A stretch of DNA of 64,000 nucleotides from an uncultured bacterium. GTDB lineage: Bacteria > Chlamydiota > Chlamydiia > Chlamydiales > SM23-39. The notes under the pieces are model-generated. The model searched no databases. It was not told the DNA's origin and saw nothing but the letters and a program-made list of their open reading frames with translations. Made by a program: the position numbers and the translations under genes. Location of the stretch: contig OY970323.1 of NCBI GenBank assembly GCA_963716985.1, positions 1,120,001-1,184,000 of the forward strand. Reading direction: 5' to 3'. Shown here one piece after another: positions 1 to 9,736 of the stretch. The stretch's first letter is position 1, and each line of letters begins with the position of its first letter.

Positions 1-267
1 TGCGGATAGAACGCTACCGACCACAAACCCGATGCCTACAAGGGGGCCGAGTTGCCAGGAAAGAAGCAGGCAGACGATCAGTCCAACAACCGAAATGACC
101 CGGTATTGTCTGTTGAGATAGGCCGAGGCGCCTTCTTGAATGGCCCGTGCAATTTTTTGCATGGCTTCGGTGCCTGTTTTTTCAGAGAGAACTGAGCGGA
201 TTAAGAGGCCGCCATAGAGAAGGGCCGCAAGTCCGCATGAAATTAAAAATGAATAAATATTGAGCAT
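1..267 (-). CDS. hppA: Membrane-bound H+/Na+-translocating pyrophosphatase, N-terminal part (runs off window edge)
   Basis: Manual translation from ATG at 267 (AAGGA RBS upstream): MLNIYSFLISCGLAALLYGG..GTEAMQKIARAIQEGASAYLNRQYRVI..GFVVGSVLSA, the typical HppA N-terminus. Confidence 0.88.
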   Translation of the reverse strand, partial: MLNIYSFLISCGLAALLYGGLLIRSVLSEKTGTEAMQKIARAIQEGASAYLNRQYRVISVVGLIVCLLLSWQLGPLVGIGFVVGSVLSA

Positions 268-524
268 TTTTCTATTCCTTGGTTTCAAGTCGCTGAAAAT
301 AATAGGGTTCCATCGATGTAAAAGAGGAGCAACGAGGAATTCCCAGCATATTTTAAAAATCATATAGAATCAAAAGATTCCTCTCTATGGAAAATTTTTC
401 TGTCCTACCCAACTTTTTGTCCTATTTTTTGAATGACCAAAAAAAGCAGGCCGCCATTGTTCGACAATCTCATTGGGAAAAAGGAGCTTGAATGGTAAAA
501 TGTTAGGCCGGAAATGGAAATAAG

Positions 525-1199
525 ATGTCTTCTTGTCCTAGTTCTTGTCATTGTCCTTGCCATAGAGAAACGAGCGTGCGCTATCCTACCTGGCGGGCAA
601 AAGAGATAAATGGATCTCTTGGATGGTTAAAGAATTTTGAGGTGAATCGCTACTTCGAATGGTTGGCTGAAGTTCATACATGTTGGAAAAAAATGCTTCC
701 CTGCAGCTGGATCGTCTATCACAGCGTGGCTCCGGATGATTACACAGAGCTTATGGAGGCGATGAGGCGAGTTTTCTATGTTTGCATGTTTTTTGCGTTT
801 GTCTCTGCCTCCGCCATTTCTTTCGGAGTTTCATTTTTTGTTCTTCCTTGCATTCCTGTGATTGTGGATCTGACGCGTCTTGTCTACTGCTTGGTTTTCG
901 AAGATGGGGAGATGGAGAGCGGCTGGGTGGAAAGCTATAACAAATCCCTGAACGTTTTTCATGATGCGTGGAAAAAGCAGCTTCCCTGCAGCTGGATTGT
1001 CTATCACTGTTTTGCTTTGTTGGATGATACGACCGACCTAATTGAGCTCATGAGCCGCATATCCTATCTGGCCCCCTTTTATATATATATCGCAACTTCT
1101 GCAGCCTCATTCGGCACCTCTTTCCTCCTTCTTCCCCTAACCCCTTTTTTCATCGACCTTACGAGGCTCGCTTGCCGGTGGGTCTGGAAAGGGGATTGA
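525..1199 (+). CDS. Hypothetical membrane protein made of two ~95-aa internal repeats
   Basis: WKKMLPCSWIVYH..DLTRL (aa 54) repeated as WKKQLPCSWIVYH..DLTRL (aa 149); each repeat has a long hydrophobic stretch. Confidence 0.7.
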   Translation: MSSCPSSCHCPCHRETSVRYPTWRAKEINGSLGWLKNFEVNRYFEWLAEVHTCWKKMLPCSWIVYHSVAPDDYTELMEAMRRVFYVCMFFAFVSASAISFGVSFFVLPCIPVIVDLTRLVYCLVFEDGEMESGWVESYNKSLNVFHDAWKKQLPCSWIVYHCFALLDDTTDLIELMSRISYLAPFYIYIATSAASFGTSFLLLPLTPFFIDLTRLACRWVWKGD

Positions 1200-1288
1200 A
1201 GAGAAATCGTTCTGTTGGGGAAAACAATTGTTTTTCTTCTAAGTACGCATGAGGAGGGGGCTATTTGGGAATATTCATTTCTTTTTTC

Positions 1289-1393
1289 GCACATCCTTAA
1301 AAAATCATGGCAGATCCGAACTTCTCATCCTTTGCTACATAGAGAAAGTCCTTGAACATTTGGTCTTTTTGCCGTGACTTTTTAAGGACGTAC
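1289..1393. repeat. 105-bp MITE-like palindromic element, copy 1
   Basis: Terminal IRs GCACATCCTTAAAAAATCATGGCAGA / TTTGCCGTGACTTTTTAAGGACGTAC; homologous copy of identical length at 33514-33618. Confidence 0.8.
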
Positions 1394-1441
1394 TTTCCAA
1401 CGAGATTTTCGCAAGTGCTCATAAAACTGAGGTAAAAAACT

Positions 1442-2661
1442 TTAAGTTTCTTTGAGCCGCGAGGGAGCTCGCGACACGATTACTTGCGACAACCTGGGAA
1501 TTTTACACAACCCGTTGATTCTGTCTTCAAGATATCCGAAAAAAGTGATTCCAAGCTTACAGCAAGTCTTTTTTAGGCTTACAAAAGTATCTCGACATTT
1601 TTGACCTTCTTCACTACGAGTCCCTCCAGATACTTTCCGCTTAACCACCATCTCTCGAGCATCGGTTTCGGTTCCATTATTGTGAAGGGGGGTGTCTGGT
1701 TTCTCTAATACCCTGAGCAATTCGTCCTTTTTTTCATAAGTTTTTGCCAGCTGTTTGTTTAGGGTGGGACTGATGGTTTTCTTTTTTGAGAATAAATTGT
1801 CAAAATTCTGCTCGAGAATCAATTTTAGGCTTTCAGAGGGCGCGAGTTTGTATTCCTGCAGCCCCTTGTATAAATCCCAAATTTCTCCCCGGACTTGCTC
1901 GATTGCTTTGCGTGTTGCTTCGTCAAAGGGAATGAGTTTTCGATAATGCCTCTCCTCATGGATCCAACATAAAGATCGAACGAAGACATTGAATTGCCCT
2001 GCATCATCTCCATGCACTCCAAGATCTCTTGGTATGCCATTTTCTATCAGGCTCGCGAATAGGGCGGCCTCGGTTACAAGTTTTATGTCGCTTTCTGACT
2101 TGATGTTTATTGCGAGTAAAAATTTCTCCCATTCTATTTGATTCATGGATCGATATCGGTCCTGCAAAAGGAGGTATCCTCCTAACCAACTCGAGGGTTT
2201 TAGGGTCTCAATGTAGTCTGCAGTGTCTTCATTGATAAGATATCGAGGAGCCGTCCCATGCAATATCTTGAGAAAATTTATGCGACTTTTGCTTTCTGTC
2301 GACACAATGTAGGTAAAATATTCGTTCCCTATGATCGTCGAGTAGCCATTATGCCCTCGGTGGCGAGCGCCGGTGTCGTCTACTTTTACTTGTCCTGTAG
2401 CTGCTATCCCCGCGGACAATAGCTCGTTCTTTTCCTGATGGAAGGCTTCCTTTCCTTGGATCAAAATATTGCTCAACTGTCCTTCGGAGATCAATACGCC
2501 AATTTCTTTCAACTGTGCAAACAGCAGAGGTTCTGTAATACGACAGCCATAATATTGGTGCAAAACGTAGCTGATCAATTGAGGGCCATAATGTCCCTGG
2601 ATATTTTGCGGCAATTTACCTGTTAAGTAAGTGCCATCAGGCAATTGCCATCGCTCGAGTT
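1442..2661 (-). CDS. IS66-family transposase, exon 2 (DDE catalytic part)
   Basis: Motifs VDDTG, DDAGQF, LCWIHEERH, PLHNNGTETDAREMVVKRKVSGGTRS; frame continues ELERWQLPDG from the intron 3' junction. Confidence 0.88.
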
Positions 2662-4576
2662 GGTGAGTAGAGGAGCGGATTGCTCCGCTCCCCCCTCCTC
2701 AGAACCAGGACTTGCAGGTTTCCCGCATCCGGCTCCCGAACAGTCCTTTTAGGTTTTGATTACCTTAGGAGTTCCTATGATGCATTTGATTTTCCACTTC
2801 ATTGGAAAGCCCACTTTTTCCAGAACTTTCTCGAATTTCTCCCAACTCATTTTCTTTCTGCCACCTTTCCTGTTGATCCATTTGAAGATAGCTCTTTCGC
2901 ATTGGAAGATAAATCCGTTTACCGCTCTAGAGTTGTCGGTCACTGCATGATAGTTGATCCACCCTTTGATAATTGGCAGTATCTGTTGAAACATTATCAA
3001 GGTTTTCATGGCTTTATTCTCTTTCAGAAATTTTGATAATCCCTGAAGTTTCGAGTGCTTCCGATCTCCTCTGCTGCGGACTTTTAATCTCCAGAAGTTC
3101 CCTTTCTGCGCTTTTTCCCAGAAGAAGGTAAATCCCAGAAATTTGAAAACAGGCAGCTTTTGTTTCTTGGCCGCCATTTCTGCTATTCTTTTCGATCCCG
3201 AGGAGTGCAGATGCGACTTGTCTTCGTGAACCGCAAGTCCATATTTCTGCAACCTTTGGGTAAACGCTCTATAGAACCTTTCCGCATCTTCACTGCATTC
3301 GAATACAAATACCATATCATCGCAGAAACGAATCGGAAAGATCTTTCCCTTGAGATATGTTCGAATGGATTCTATCCAACTATCCACCACTTCATGTAGG
3401 TAGATATTTGATAAAATCGGTGAAGTGACCGATCCCTGTGGGCATCCGACTAAATTCTTTTGCACTACCCCATCGTTTGTGATGGTTTCTGCTTGCAACA
3501 GAATATGTATCAGCCTCAGGAATTTTGGATCGTTGATTTTCTTCTGTAGTATAGCCTCCATTTCCATATGTGGAATAGAGTTAAAATACTTCCGAATATC
3601 AATCTCCAATAGAGCGCCATCTTTGCACTCGTATACTGCTTGGTGCAAAGCGGTAATAGCATCATGGCAGCTTTTCCCGGGCCTATATCCAAAAGAACTC
3701 GGCAGAAAGAGCGGTTCATAGATTTTGTTCAAAATCTCTCCCGCTGCCATCTGCACCAATTTGTCCTCTATGCAGGATATTGCCAGAGGTCTTTTGCCTC
3801 CATCTGCTTTGGGTATTTCAACTATCTTTGATGGTTGTGGCGCATATTGCGCCCGATGCACTTTCGCAGCGAGCATTCGGAGATTTTCCTCCAGATTTTT
3901 GCCATATGCTTCTTTTGTTATACCATCAATTCCTACAGCTTTAGTTCCATCAAGCTGTGCAAATGCTCTCATCAGCATTTCCTCGTTGATAAGATGTCCC
4001 AGATTATTGAACACCAGATCATGATTTCCTGCCGAAAGATCTCCTATACGATCCAGCTTCATTGACACTGTATATCTGTCTTTGCTGTGTACAGACATTG
4101 TTTCCACCTTTTCGTTCGTTTCTGTTCTATCCACCCTTTGCTCCCCGATCGTTACTCGGTTCCTCGCTACTATGGTGGACTCCGCCATCCTTATCCCATC
4201 TTTGCAGTCTTACGTTCATGGCGCTTGAACCACAAATACTCCCTTCGGAGAGCAATAAGGACTTCCCAAGTTCCGTCACACTTCTCTACAAGCTCGCCAA
4301 TGCTTAATATCCCGGTGCTTGATGATCGCAGGGTTTCGCCATTTTGACCCGCTTCCCATCTGTTGCCTGCTCCTAATACGAAAGTTTCGGCTTGCACGAT
4401 ATACCTCTCGAGACTTAACGCATTCACCTCACGGTTTTGGCTCGAATGTTTCGCTATCTACGCTTCAGCTCTTTTGTTACCTCCGGAGTTGCAAGATTCG
4501 CTACATAATGTGGTGGCTATCCACTTTTTATGCCTGGACTTTCACCAGTAGAAGTGCGCAGCTTCTCTTGGCGCAC
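2662..4576 (-). mobile_element. Group II intron (1915 nt) inserted in the IS66 transposase
   Basis: 5' end GTGCGCC at 4576; domain V GAGCCGGATGCGGGAAACCTGCAAGTCCTGGTTC (2735-2702); domain VI hairpin with bulged A 7 nt from the end (..CTACTCACC); removal rejoins TAC G|AA CTC GAG in frame. Confidence 0.92.
2749..4098 (-). CDS. ltrA: Group II intron reverse transcriptase/maturase without endonuclease domain (~449 aa)
   Basis: KAVGIDG, IPKADGGKRPLAI, SFGYRPG, PQGSVTSPILSNIYL, RFCDD (YADD variant), FLGF, X-domain GWINYH; likely ATG at 4098 after AAGGTGG. Confidence 0.93.
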   Translation of the reverse strand: MSVHSKDRYTVSMKLDRIGDLSAGNHDLVFNNLGHLINEEMLMRAFAQLDGTKAVGIDGITKEAYGKNLEENLRMLAAKVHRAQYAPQPSKIVEIPKADGGKRPLAISCIEDKLVQMAAGEILNKIYEPLFLPSSFGYRPGKSCHDAITALHQAVYECKDGALLEIDIRKYFNSIPHMEMEAILQKKINDPKFLRLIHILLQAETITNDGVVQKNLVGCPQGSVTSPILSNIYLHEVVDSWIESIRTYLKGKIFPIRFCDDMVFVFECSEDAERFYRAFTQRLQKYGLAVHEDKSHLHSSGSKRIAEMAAKKQKLPVFKFLGFTFFWEKAQKGNFWRLKVRSRGDRKHSKLQGLSKFLKENKAMKTLIMFQQILPIIKGWINYHAVTDNSRAVNGFIFQCERAIFKWINRKGGRKKMSWEKFEKVLEKVGFPMKWKIKCIIGTPKVIKT

Positions 4577-4988
4577 CGTATATGGTATTGTAAGGCTGAA
4601 GAATGATGTCCTGTACGGTAAATTTCTGACATCCTTTGAAGGTAGCTCCTTCGGGAACTGATTCGGGCTTAATGCGACTTCTGGTATGTATCTCAAGTTT
4701 TTTGGTTTTTTTACGTCGAGGATGCATCCCCCTGGAGAGTTTATTTTTGTCGTTTTGCTTATCTTTGCTTTGTTGCCCCTCTAAAGTGCTGGGAGGAATC
4801 TTTGGACGGGGCTTTTGTCCCTTGAGAATTGCAATCTCATCTTTTAGTCGTTGGATTTCTTCGTGCTGAAATGAAATGGTGTTCAAAGCAATGTCGAGGC
4901 GATCTCTTAGGCGTCGATCTTCTTCAGCGAGCTGGGTATTTTGCTCTAAAATTCGTTGAATGAGGTCATTGTTATTCTGCATAAGCAA
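4577..4988 (-). CDS. IS66-family transposase, exon 1 (coiled-coil N-terminus)
   Basis: EIQRLKDEIAILKGQKPRPKIPPS..VQDIILQPYNTIY; 412 nt, phase matches exon 2. Confidence 0.85.
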
Positions 4989-5183
4989 GTAAATTTACGA
5001 TGACGAACGATTAAAGAAAAGATTTATATTTTTTTAGGATCTAAGAATGAGGTATTTACCTCAACTTTTTGAGCACTTGCAGATTTTGCGCCCATATAGT
5101 TTATTTTTTTACCTTTTATTTAATTAATTATTAGTTTATAATTAAAGTTTGTTATTACAAAATTTTAAAACCAGGAGCTTATA

Positions 5184-6131
5184 ATGTCGAGTATCCCATC
5201 AACATCTATGCAAGTTTTGGAGGCTCCCCCAGCAAGTGATGCGTCTTTCTACCCAGAACTCGAGATTCCGAAGGGATTCTTCGACGAAGTGAAATTTCCC
5301 AACTTCCCGAATGCTTTTAACGAGGTCAATCAAAGAGCGAGCGACATGGGAATCGAGAAAGAGGTTTGCCTCATCGATGGAGGGGAGGATTTTGTAAGTT
5401 GCGCTATGCTCACCAAGGGAGGTTTGTCTTGCATCGGATTGGCACATGATTTTCCTCTTGGTCGTCCAAAAGAATTTGACCTGCGTCATGAGCTTGCTCA
5501 TATAAAATATGATGATCTGCACAAATCTTCACCATCCTCTTTTACTAAAGGTGAGGCTCTTGTGTGGCTTTATAGTATTTCGGTTTGTTGTTTGTCATAC
5601 GCGAGTTCCATTTATTTGGGATGCAGAATTACGAAATTGCCAAGCTGTCGAAGTAATTGGTCTTTCAACTGTTTAGCCGGTATGTTTGGTTGGATAGGAG
5701 GTGCGTTATCACGGGTGCCTATTCGTCGTATTTTTCGTGTTCTCCCTAGAAGGTCTGCCGAGATTCGCGCCGATCGAGAAGCATGTAAGTATTTGACTGG
5801 AAATGAAAAGATCGAAGCAATAGAATCAATGGGGATATTTCGATCGCTTGACAGTCCTATGGACCTATTCCAAGAACACCCCTCTTTCGCTCAAAGAATC
5901 AAAGCCATTTGGAATACCTTCGACGATGAAGAAGTCCAAACAATAAAAACCACTTGGGATTCCTTGCCCAATGAAGAAAAAAGACGACACAAAGAGGTGG
6001 GCCGAATGCTTGGTAAGGTCACTCCTTTTGTCCAGACCAAAAATCGCTTAAGTTTTAAGCTTATTGATCCAAGTCGTTTGGTTTTTAGGCTTCTAAATCC
6101 TTTCGGATTGCTCTGGGAAAATATGCTTTGA
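5184..6131 (+). CDS. M48-like zinc metalloprotease domain membrane protein
   Basis: HELAH (HExxH), two hydrophobic segments, AEIRADREA (ExxAD) and HPSFAQRI motifs; AGGAG RBS. Confidence 0.7.
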   Translation: MSSIPSTSMQVLEAPPASDASFYPELEIPKGFFDEVKFPNFPNAFNEVNQRASDMGIEKEVCLIDGGEDFVSCAMLTKGGLSCIGLAHDFPLGRPKEFDLRHELAHIKYDDLHKSSPSSFTKGEALVWLYSISVCCLSYASSIYLGCRITKLPSCRSNWSFNCLAGMFGWIGGALSRVPIRRIFRVLPRRSAEIRADREACKYLTGNEKIEAIESMGIFRSLDSPMDLFQEHPSFAQRIKAIWNTFDDEEVQTIKTTWDSLPNEEKRRHKEVGRMLGKVTPFVQTKNRLSFKLIDPSRLVFRLLNPFGLLWENML

Positions 6132-6171
6132 CTAACAAAGATGTGGGCAAGATCAAGTGCTTTGCCACTCT

Positions 6172-6417
6172 TTAATGTGGGATGTAAACTTTTGCGCCTG
6201 CGTGCAAATTTTTCAGAAAAATATTCCGGTATGAATTGGGCCTTCTAAAAAATTTCTTTTTGTTTTTTTCGATGGTTTTGGATGCTTCGGGCCAGAAGAA
6301 AAGCGATGCGATCTCAGGTAGGATGTTGATACATCCACAAAGTTTTTTTTGAAGAAGAACTCTTCCCAATGTTTCGGCCTCAGATAAGTTTTTGCAAGGG
6401 ATGTAGACGAGGAGCAT
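6172..6417 (-). pseudogene. cutA: Truncated CutA divalent-cation tolerance protein
   Basis: N-terminus LVYIPCKNLSEAETLGRVLLQKKLCGCINILPEIASLFFW is CutA-like; similarity is lost after IEKNK and no C-terminal HPYEVP-type motif was seen in the other frames. Confidence 0.6.
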
Positions 6418-6547
6418 AGATCAGCAGAAGTTTAGATGGGGTCAGTGTTTATGAAAAAGTATAAAGGAAGCTTTGCATTTTTCAAGAGAATAGTTTAAGA
6501 AAAAAAGAAGTTGAGTATGATGAGATTTTAAAGAGGAGCTGCTTTTC

Positions 6548-7915
6548 ATGGAACCAATTACGATTTCTTTTTTTGATATTTATAAAATCGGACCCGGCCC
6601 TTCGAGTTCGCATACTATTGGTCCCATGCGGGCGGGATTCCATTTTTTTGAATCGATGAAAAAATTGGACGATGCTCTCTTAAAAAAAGCGACAGAGATA
6701 GATGTCACCCTTTATGGTTCTTTGAGCGCTACGGGACATGGGCACGGAACCGATCGTGCGGTAGCGGCGGGGCTTTTTGGCTGGAAGCCGGATACTTGCG
6801 ATGCGGATGAGGTATTGAAAATCTTTTCTCGTCCCGAAGATGTCTATCAAATTCAGGCAAAAGCATACGCTTTCCCCTTCACGTGCAAAAACGTGATTTT
6901 TGGCGATATTTACCACTCATTTCCCTATTCCAATACGATGATCATCCGCTTAAAGGCAAAAGATGATGTCCTGATGGAAAAAGAATATTATTCCTTGGGA
7001 GGGGGGTTCATTGAATGCAAGGGAGAGCCTAAAAAAGCAACTCCGACTCCCCGCTATCCCTATAGCAATATGAGAGAGCTAAAAAAAGCTTTGGAATCCA
7101 GCGGCCTTCCCCTTTATGAGCTGCTTGTCCAAAATGAAGAGATATTAACAGGAGAGAGCCGCGCGCAGATCGAAGCGGGATTGGATAAAATTCTAAGTGT
7201 CATGGACGCTTCCGTAGAGAGGGGAATCAAAGCGTATGGTGTTTTGCCGGGCCCGATCAAACTGGAAAGAAAAGCCGCCGCTCTTTATCGAATCGCTGAA
7301 TCTCAGCTCCTGGATGTGCCCGACCGATTTTTAGTCTTGCTGGATGCCTATGCTTTAGCGGTCTCCGAAGAAAATGCTGCGGGACGCCTCGTTGTTACGG
7401 CTCCCACGTCCGGTTCAGCGGGGGTGATCCCGGGCCTTGTCTATCTCTTAAAACACTATTTCCACACTGCACCGGAAGATCTTCGCCGCGGTCTGGTAAT
7501 TAGTGCTTGCATCGGTTTTATGGCCAAGCATAATGCGAGCATCTCGGGCGCGGAAGTGGGCTGCCAGGGGGAAATTGGCGTGGCCTCTTGCATGGGAGCC
7601 GGTTTAGTGGCTGCCGTGGATCATGCGAATATTGATGTGATCGAAACAGCTGCTGAAATTGCTATGGAGCATAGTTTAGGGCTTACTTGCGACCCCATCG
7701 GGGGATACGTACAGATCCCCTGCATTGAGCGTAATGCCGTGGGCGCCGTGAATGCTTATAATGCATATCTCATTGGCTCCTCGGGTGATCCGAAAAAGAA
7801 AAAAATCAGTTTTGACGAGGTCATCCGCGTGATGTATGAGACCGGACGGGATATGTGTTCAAAATATAAGGAAACATCCAAGGGCGGGCTTGCTACCTGT
7901 CATATTTTTTGCTGA
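6548..7915 (+). CDS. sdaA: L-serine ammonia-lyase (Fe-S, single chain)
   Basis: KIGPGPSSSHTIGPM, SISGAEVGCQGE, GLTCDPIGGYVQIPCIERN, KYKETSKGGLA. Confidence 0.95.
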   Translation: MEPITISFFDIYKIGPGPSSSHTIGPMRAGFHFFESMKKLDDALLKKATEIDVTLYGSLSATGHGHGTDRAVAAGLFGWKPDTCDADEVLKIFSRPEDVYQIQAKAYAFPFTCKNVIFGDIYHSFPYSNTMIIRLKAKDDVLMEKEYYSLGGGFIECKGEPKKATPTPRYPYSNMRELKKALESSGLPLYELLVQNEEILTGESRAQIEAGLDKILSVMDASVERGIKAYGVLPGPIKLERKAAALYRIAESQLLDVPDRFLVLLDAYALAVSEENAAGRLVVTAPTSGSAGVIPGLVYLLKHYFHTAPEDLRRGLVISACIGFMAKHNASISGAEVGCQGEIGVASCMGAGLVAAVDHANIDVIETAAEIAMEHSLGLTCDPIGGYVQIPCIERNAVGAVNAYNAYLIGSSGDPKKKKISFDEVIRVMYETGRDMCSKYKETSKGGLATCHIFC

Positions 7916-7991
7916 AAAACTCTGTTTTTTCTTTTCTTTAAGGTAAGTTTTTTTTACAATCCTCCACCTTTAAGGAAAAAAGAGTACTTCC

Positions 7992-8774
7992 ATGTGTTCC
8001 GGAATTTTGCAGCCCTTATTTTTTTCGACGAAAAAAACTGAACTTCTAGAATCTTCGGGAACGCTGCGATCGTTGTTTTTTCAATCGACAAAACCCGAAG
8101 CGCAAGATCTTTCGGATCGCATTGTGGGCAAGGCGATTTTAACAGGAGTCTCCGTCTCTATTCTTTTTGGCCCCGTCATTGCGGCCATTGCAGTTGCGGC
8201 CAGTCTTGCCCTCTCCATGATTACTCTAGACCAGGGAAATTTTTCTTGGTTTGCTTCGAATCGTGCGATTGGGGAGATCAAAAAAGCAGTATGTTTTCTC
8301 CCTGTGGTCCTTAAGGCAAATTTGATGTTTGGGCTTCTTGTCAAGCTAGCGGGGAGCTCCGGGGTTCATCAACTTCCGCTTCGGGTACTCCTTCATTCTT
8401 TTTATGATAGCCCGGTAAAATTTTTACGAATTTTCCTTCGCATTACTTATGTAGCCCCACTCATTGAGGAGATTATTTTTCGGGGATTTCTCCAAGAAAA
8501 GATTCGAGACGTACAAGCCATTCTTTTTAAGGACAAAGAAGAGACAACTATTTCCAAAATTATCCGGGTGGTTATTCAGGCCCTCGTTTTTTCACTTTGC
8601 CACTTTCATCCTTTACAGGGATTGGCGAACATCCCCATTCTCATAGGAACTTTTATCTTTGGATTTTATATGGGGCTGAATAAGGAAAAAGAGAAAACTC
8701 TTTGGACAAGCATGACCATTCACGGCAGCGTCAACACCGTTGTTTGCCTTAGGGTGATCCTCATCGGAGCTTGA
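7992..8774 (+). CDS. CPBP (CAAX/Abi) family intramembrane metalloprotease
   Basis: APLIEEIIFRG, FSLCH, IHGSVN motifs; multiple TM segments. Confidence 0.85.
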   Translation: MCSGILQPLFFSTKKTELLESSGTLRSLFFQSTKPEAQDLSDRIVGKAILTGVSVSILFGPVIAAIAVAASLALSMITLDQGNFSWFASNRAIGEIKKAVCFLPVVLKANLMFGLLVKLAGSSGVHQLPLRVLLHSFYDSPVKFLRIFLRITYVAPLIEEIIFRGFLQEKIRDVQAILFKDKEETTISKIIRVVIQALVFSLCHFHPLQGLANIPILIGTFIFGFYMGLNKEKEKTLWTSMTIHGSVNTVVCLRVILIGA

Positions 8775-8937
8775 GGGGAAAGGCTTGACAAACCACCCTC
8801 AAGGCTGCGTTCGCAGTCCTCGTATCGACGAATCCTTTTGCTTTGGTGGAATTTGGGATTGTCGGCATACCTGTTTGATTGTGGTATTCGTATCGTTCAC
8901 CTTTGAGAGTGCCCCGGAAAGCTGGCATTTCTCTTGA

Positions 8938-9666
8938 TCATTCTGCAATTGCGCGCTCTTCTTGGGATAGAAAATTTTCCGGTCGAGAAAGGTTTTCGTT
9001 GCTGAAAAGAAAGGGAAAACGAAAAAGCTTCGGAAGGGAATAGGGGTTGAGTAATTTCATGATTGTTTTGATGCCGAGCTGTTTGAAAATGGTTTGGAGC
9101 ATCGATTGGAAAATGGCTTTTTCGATCTGTTGGAAGGGGATGCCCGATTCATCTGAAATGTTCTGAAATTCCAAGTGGTCAATTGTAGGAATTTTTTTAG
9201 TTCCGCCTTTGATATCGGTGACGGTAACGTGAATATGATCGAAGACAAGGGATCGAATGAGATAGGGGCGGGAGCTCTTCTTTTTCTCCTTGCAGTTGGA
9301 GAGAATAAGCGTCCAATTATTCTGATCGCCTTTTGGGGTGAGAAATTCAATTCCCAGAAGAATGTCTTTGAAATGAATGCTTTCGATTTCCACCTTGTGT
9401 TGGAGTATCGAGCGAAGCGTTGCTTTGCATGAGATCTCTTCTACAAAAAGAGCATTGGAAATTTTGCAAGGGGGAATGTTGCGGACATGAAAATCGGAAA
9501 TCTCCAGGCCGCCTTTGTGAAAGAGAAGCGTTCTTATGGAAGCGGGCGCTCCTATGCTATTGGTGAGAAAAAAAGAGATCAGGGAGCTTCTTTGCACCCA
9601 GGCAAAAGCGCCAAGTAAAATGAGGATCAGCAGAAGGGCCAATAGAGAGAAAAGAATTTTTTTCAT
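8938..9666 (-). CDS. AsmA-like envelope protein
   Basis: N-terminal TM anchor, beta-rich body, GDQNNW motif. Confidence 0.5.
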   Translation of the reverse strand: MKKILFSLLALLLILILLGAFAWVQRSSLISFFLTNSIGAPASIRTLLFHKGGLEISDFHVRNIPPCKISNALFVEEISCKATLRSILQHKVEIESIHFKDILLGIEFLTPKGDQNNWTLILSNCKEKKKSSRPYLIRSLVFDHIHVTVTDIKGGTKKIPTIDHLEFQNISDESGIPFQQIEKAIFQSMLQTIFKQLGIKTIMKLLNPYSLPKLFRFPFLFSNENLSRPENFLSQEERAIAE

Positions 9667-9736
9667 AAGGGCTTTTTTTTCTTTATAGCAAAAAGAAAAA
9701 TTAAAGAAAGCTATTCTTGAAGAGGAGCGGAAAATA

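Larger units (their letters stand above)
1411..5080 (-). mobile_element. IS66-family element (single-ORF, ISBst12-like), 1755 bp without the intron
   Basis: IRs GCAAGTGCTCATAAAACTGAGGTAAA (1411) and reverse complement of TTTACCTCAACTTTTTGAGCACTTGC (ends 5080); flanks AGATTTTC / AGATTTTG (8-bp DR, 1 mismatch); IS66-type transposase inside. Confidence 0.88.

Noticed and set aside
40..80. Apparent frameshift in hppA
   Set aside because: Careful reading gives CTG CTT CTT TCC TGG CAA in frame; the gene is only cut by the window edge
2749..4188. RT as part of a retron, DGR or CRISPR-RT system
   Set aside because: Flanked by a GTGCG start and domains V/VI, has a maturase X domain, and no template/variable repeat pair or array was seen
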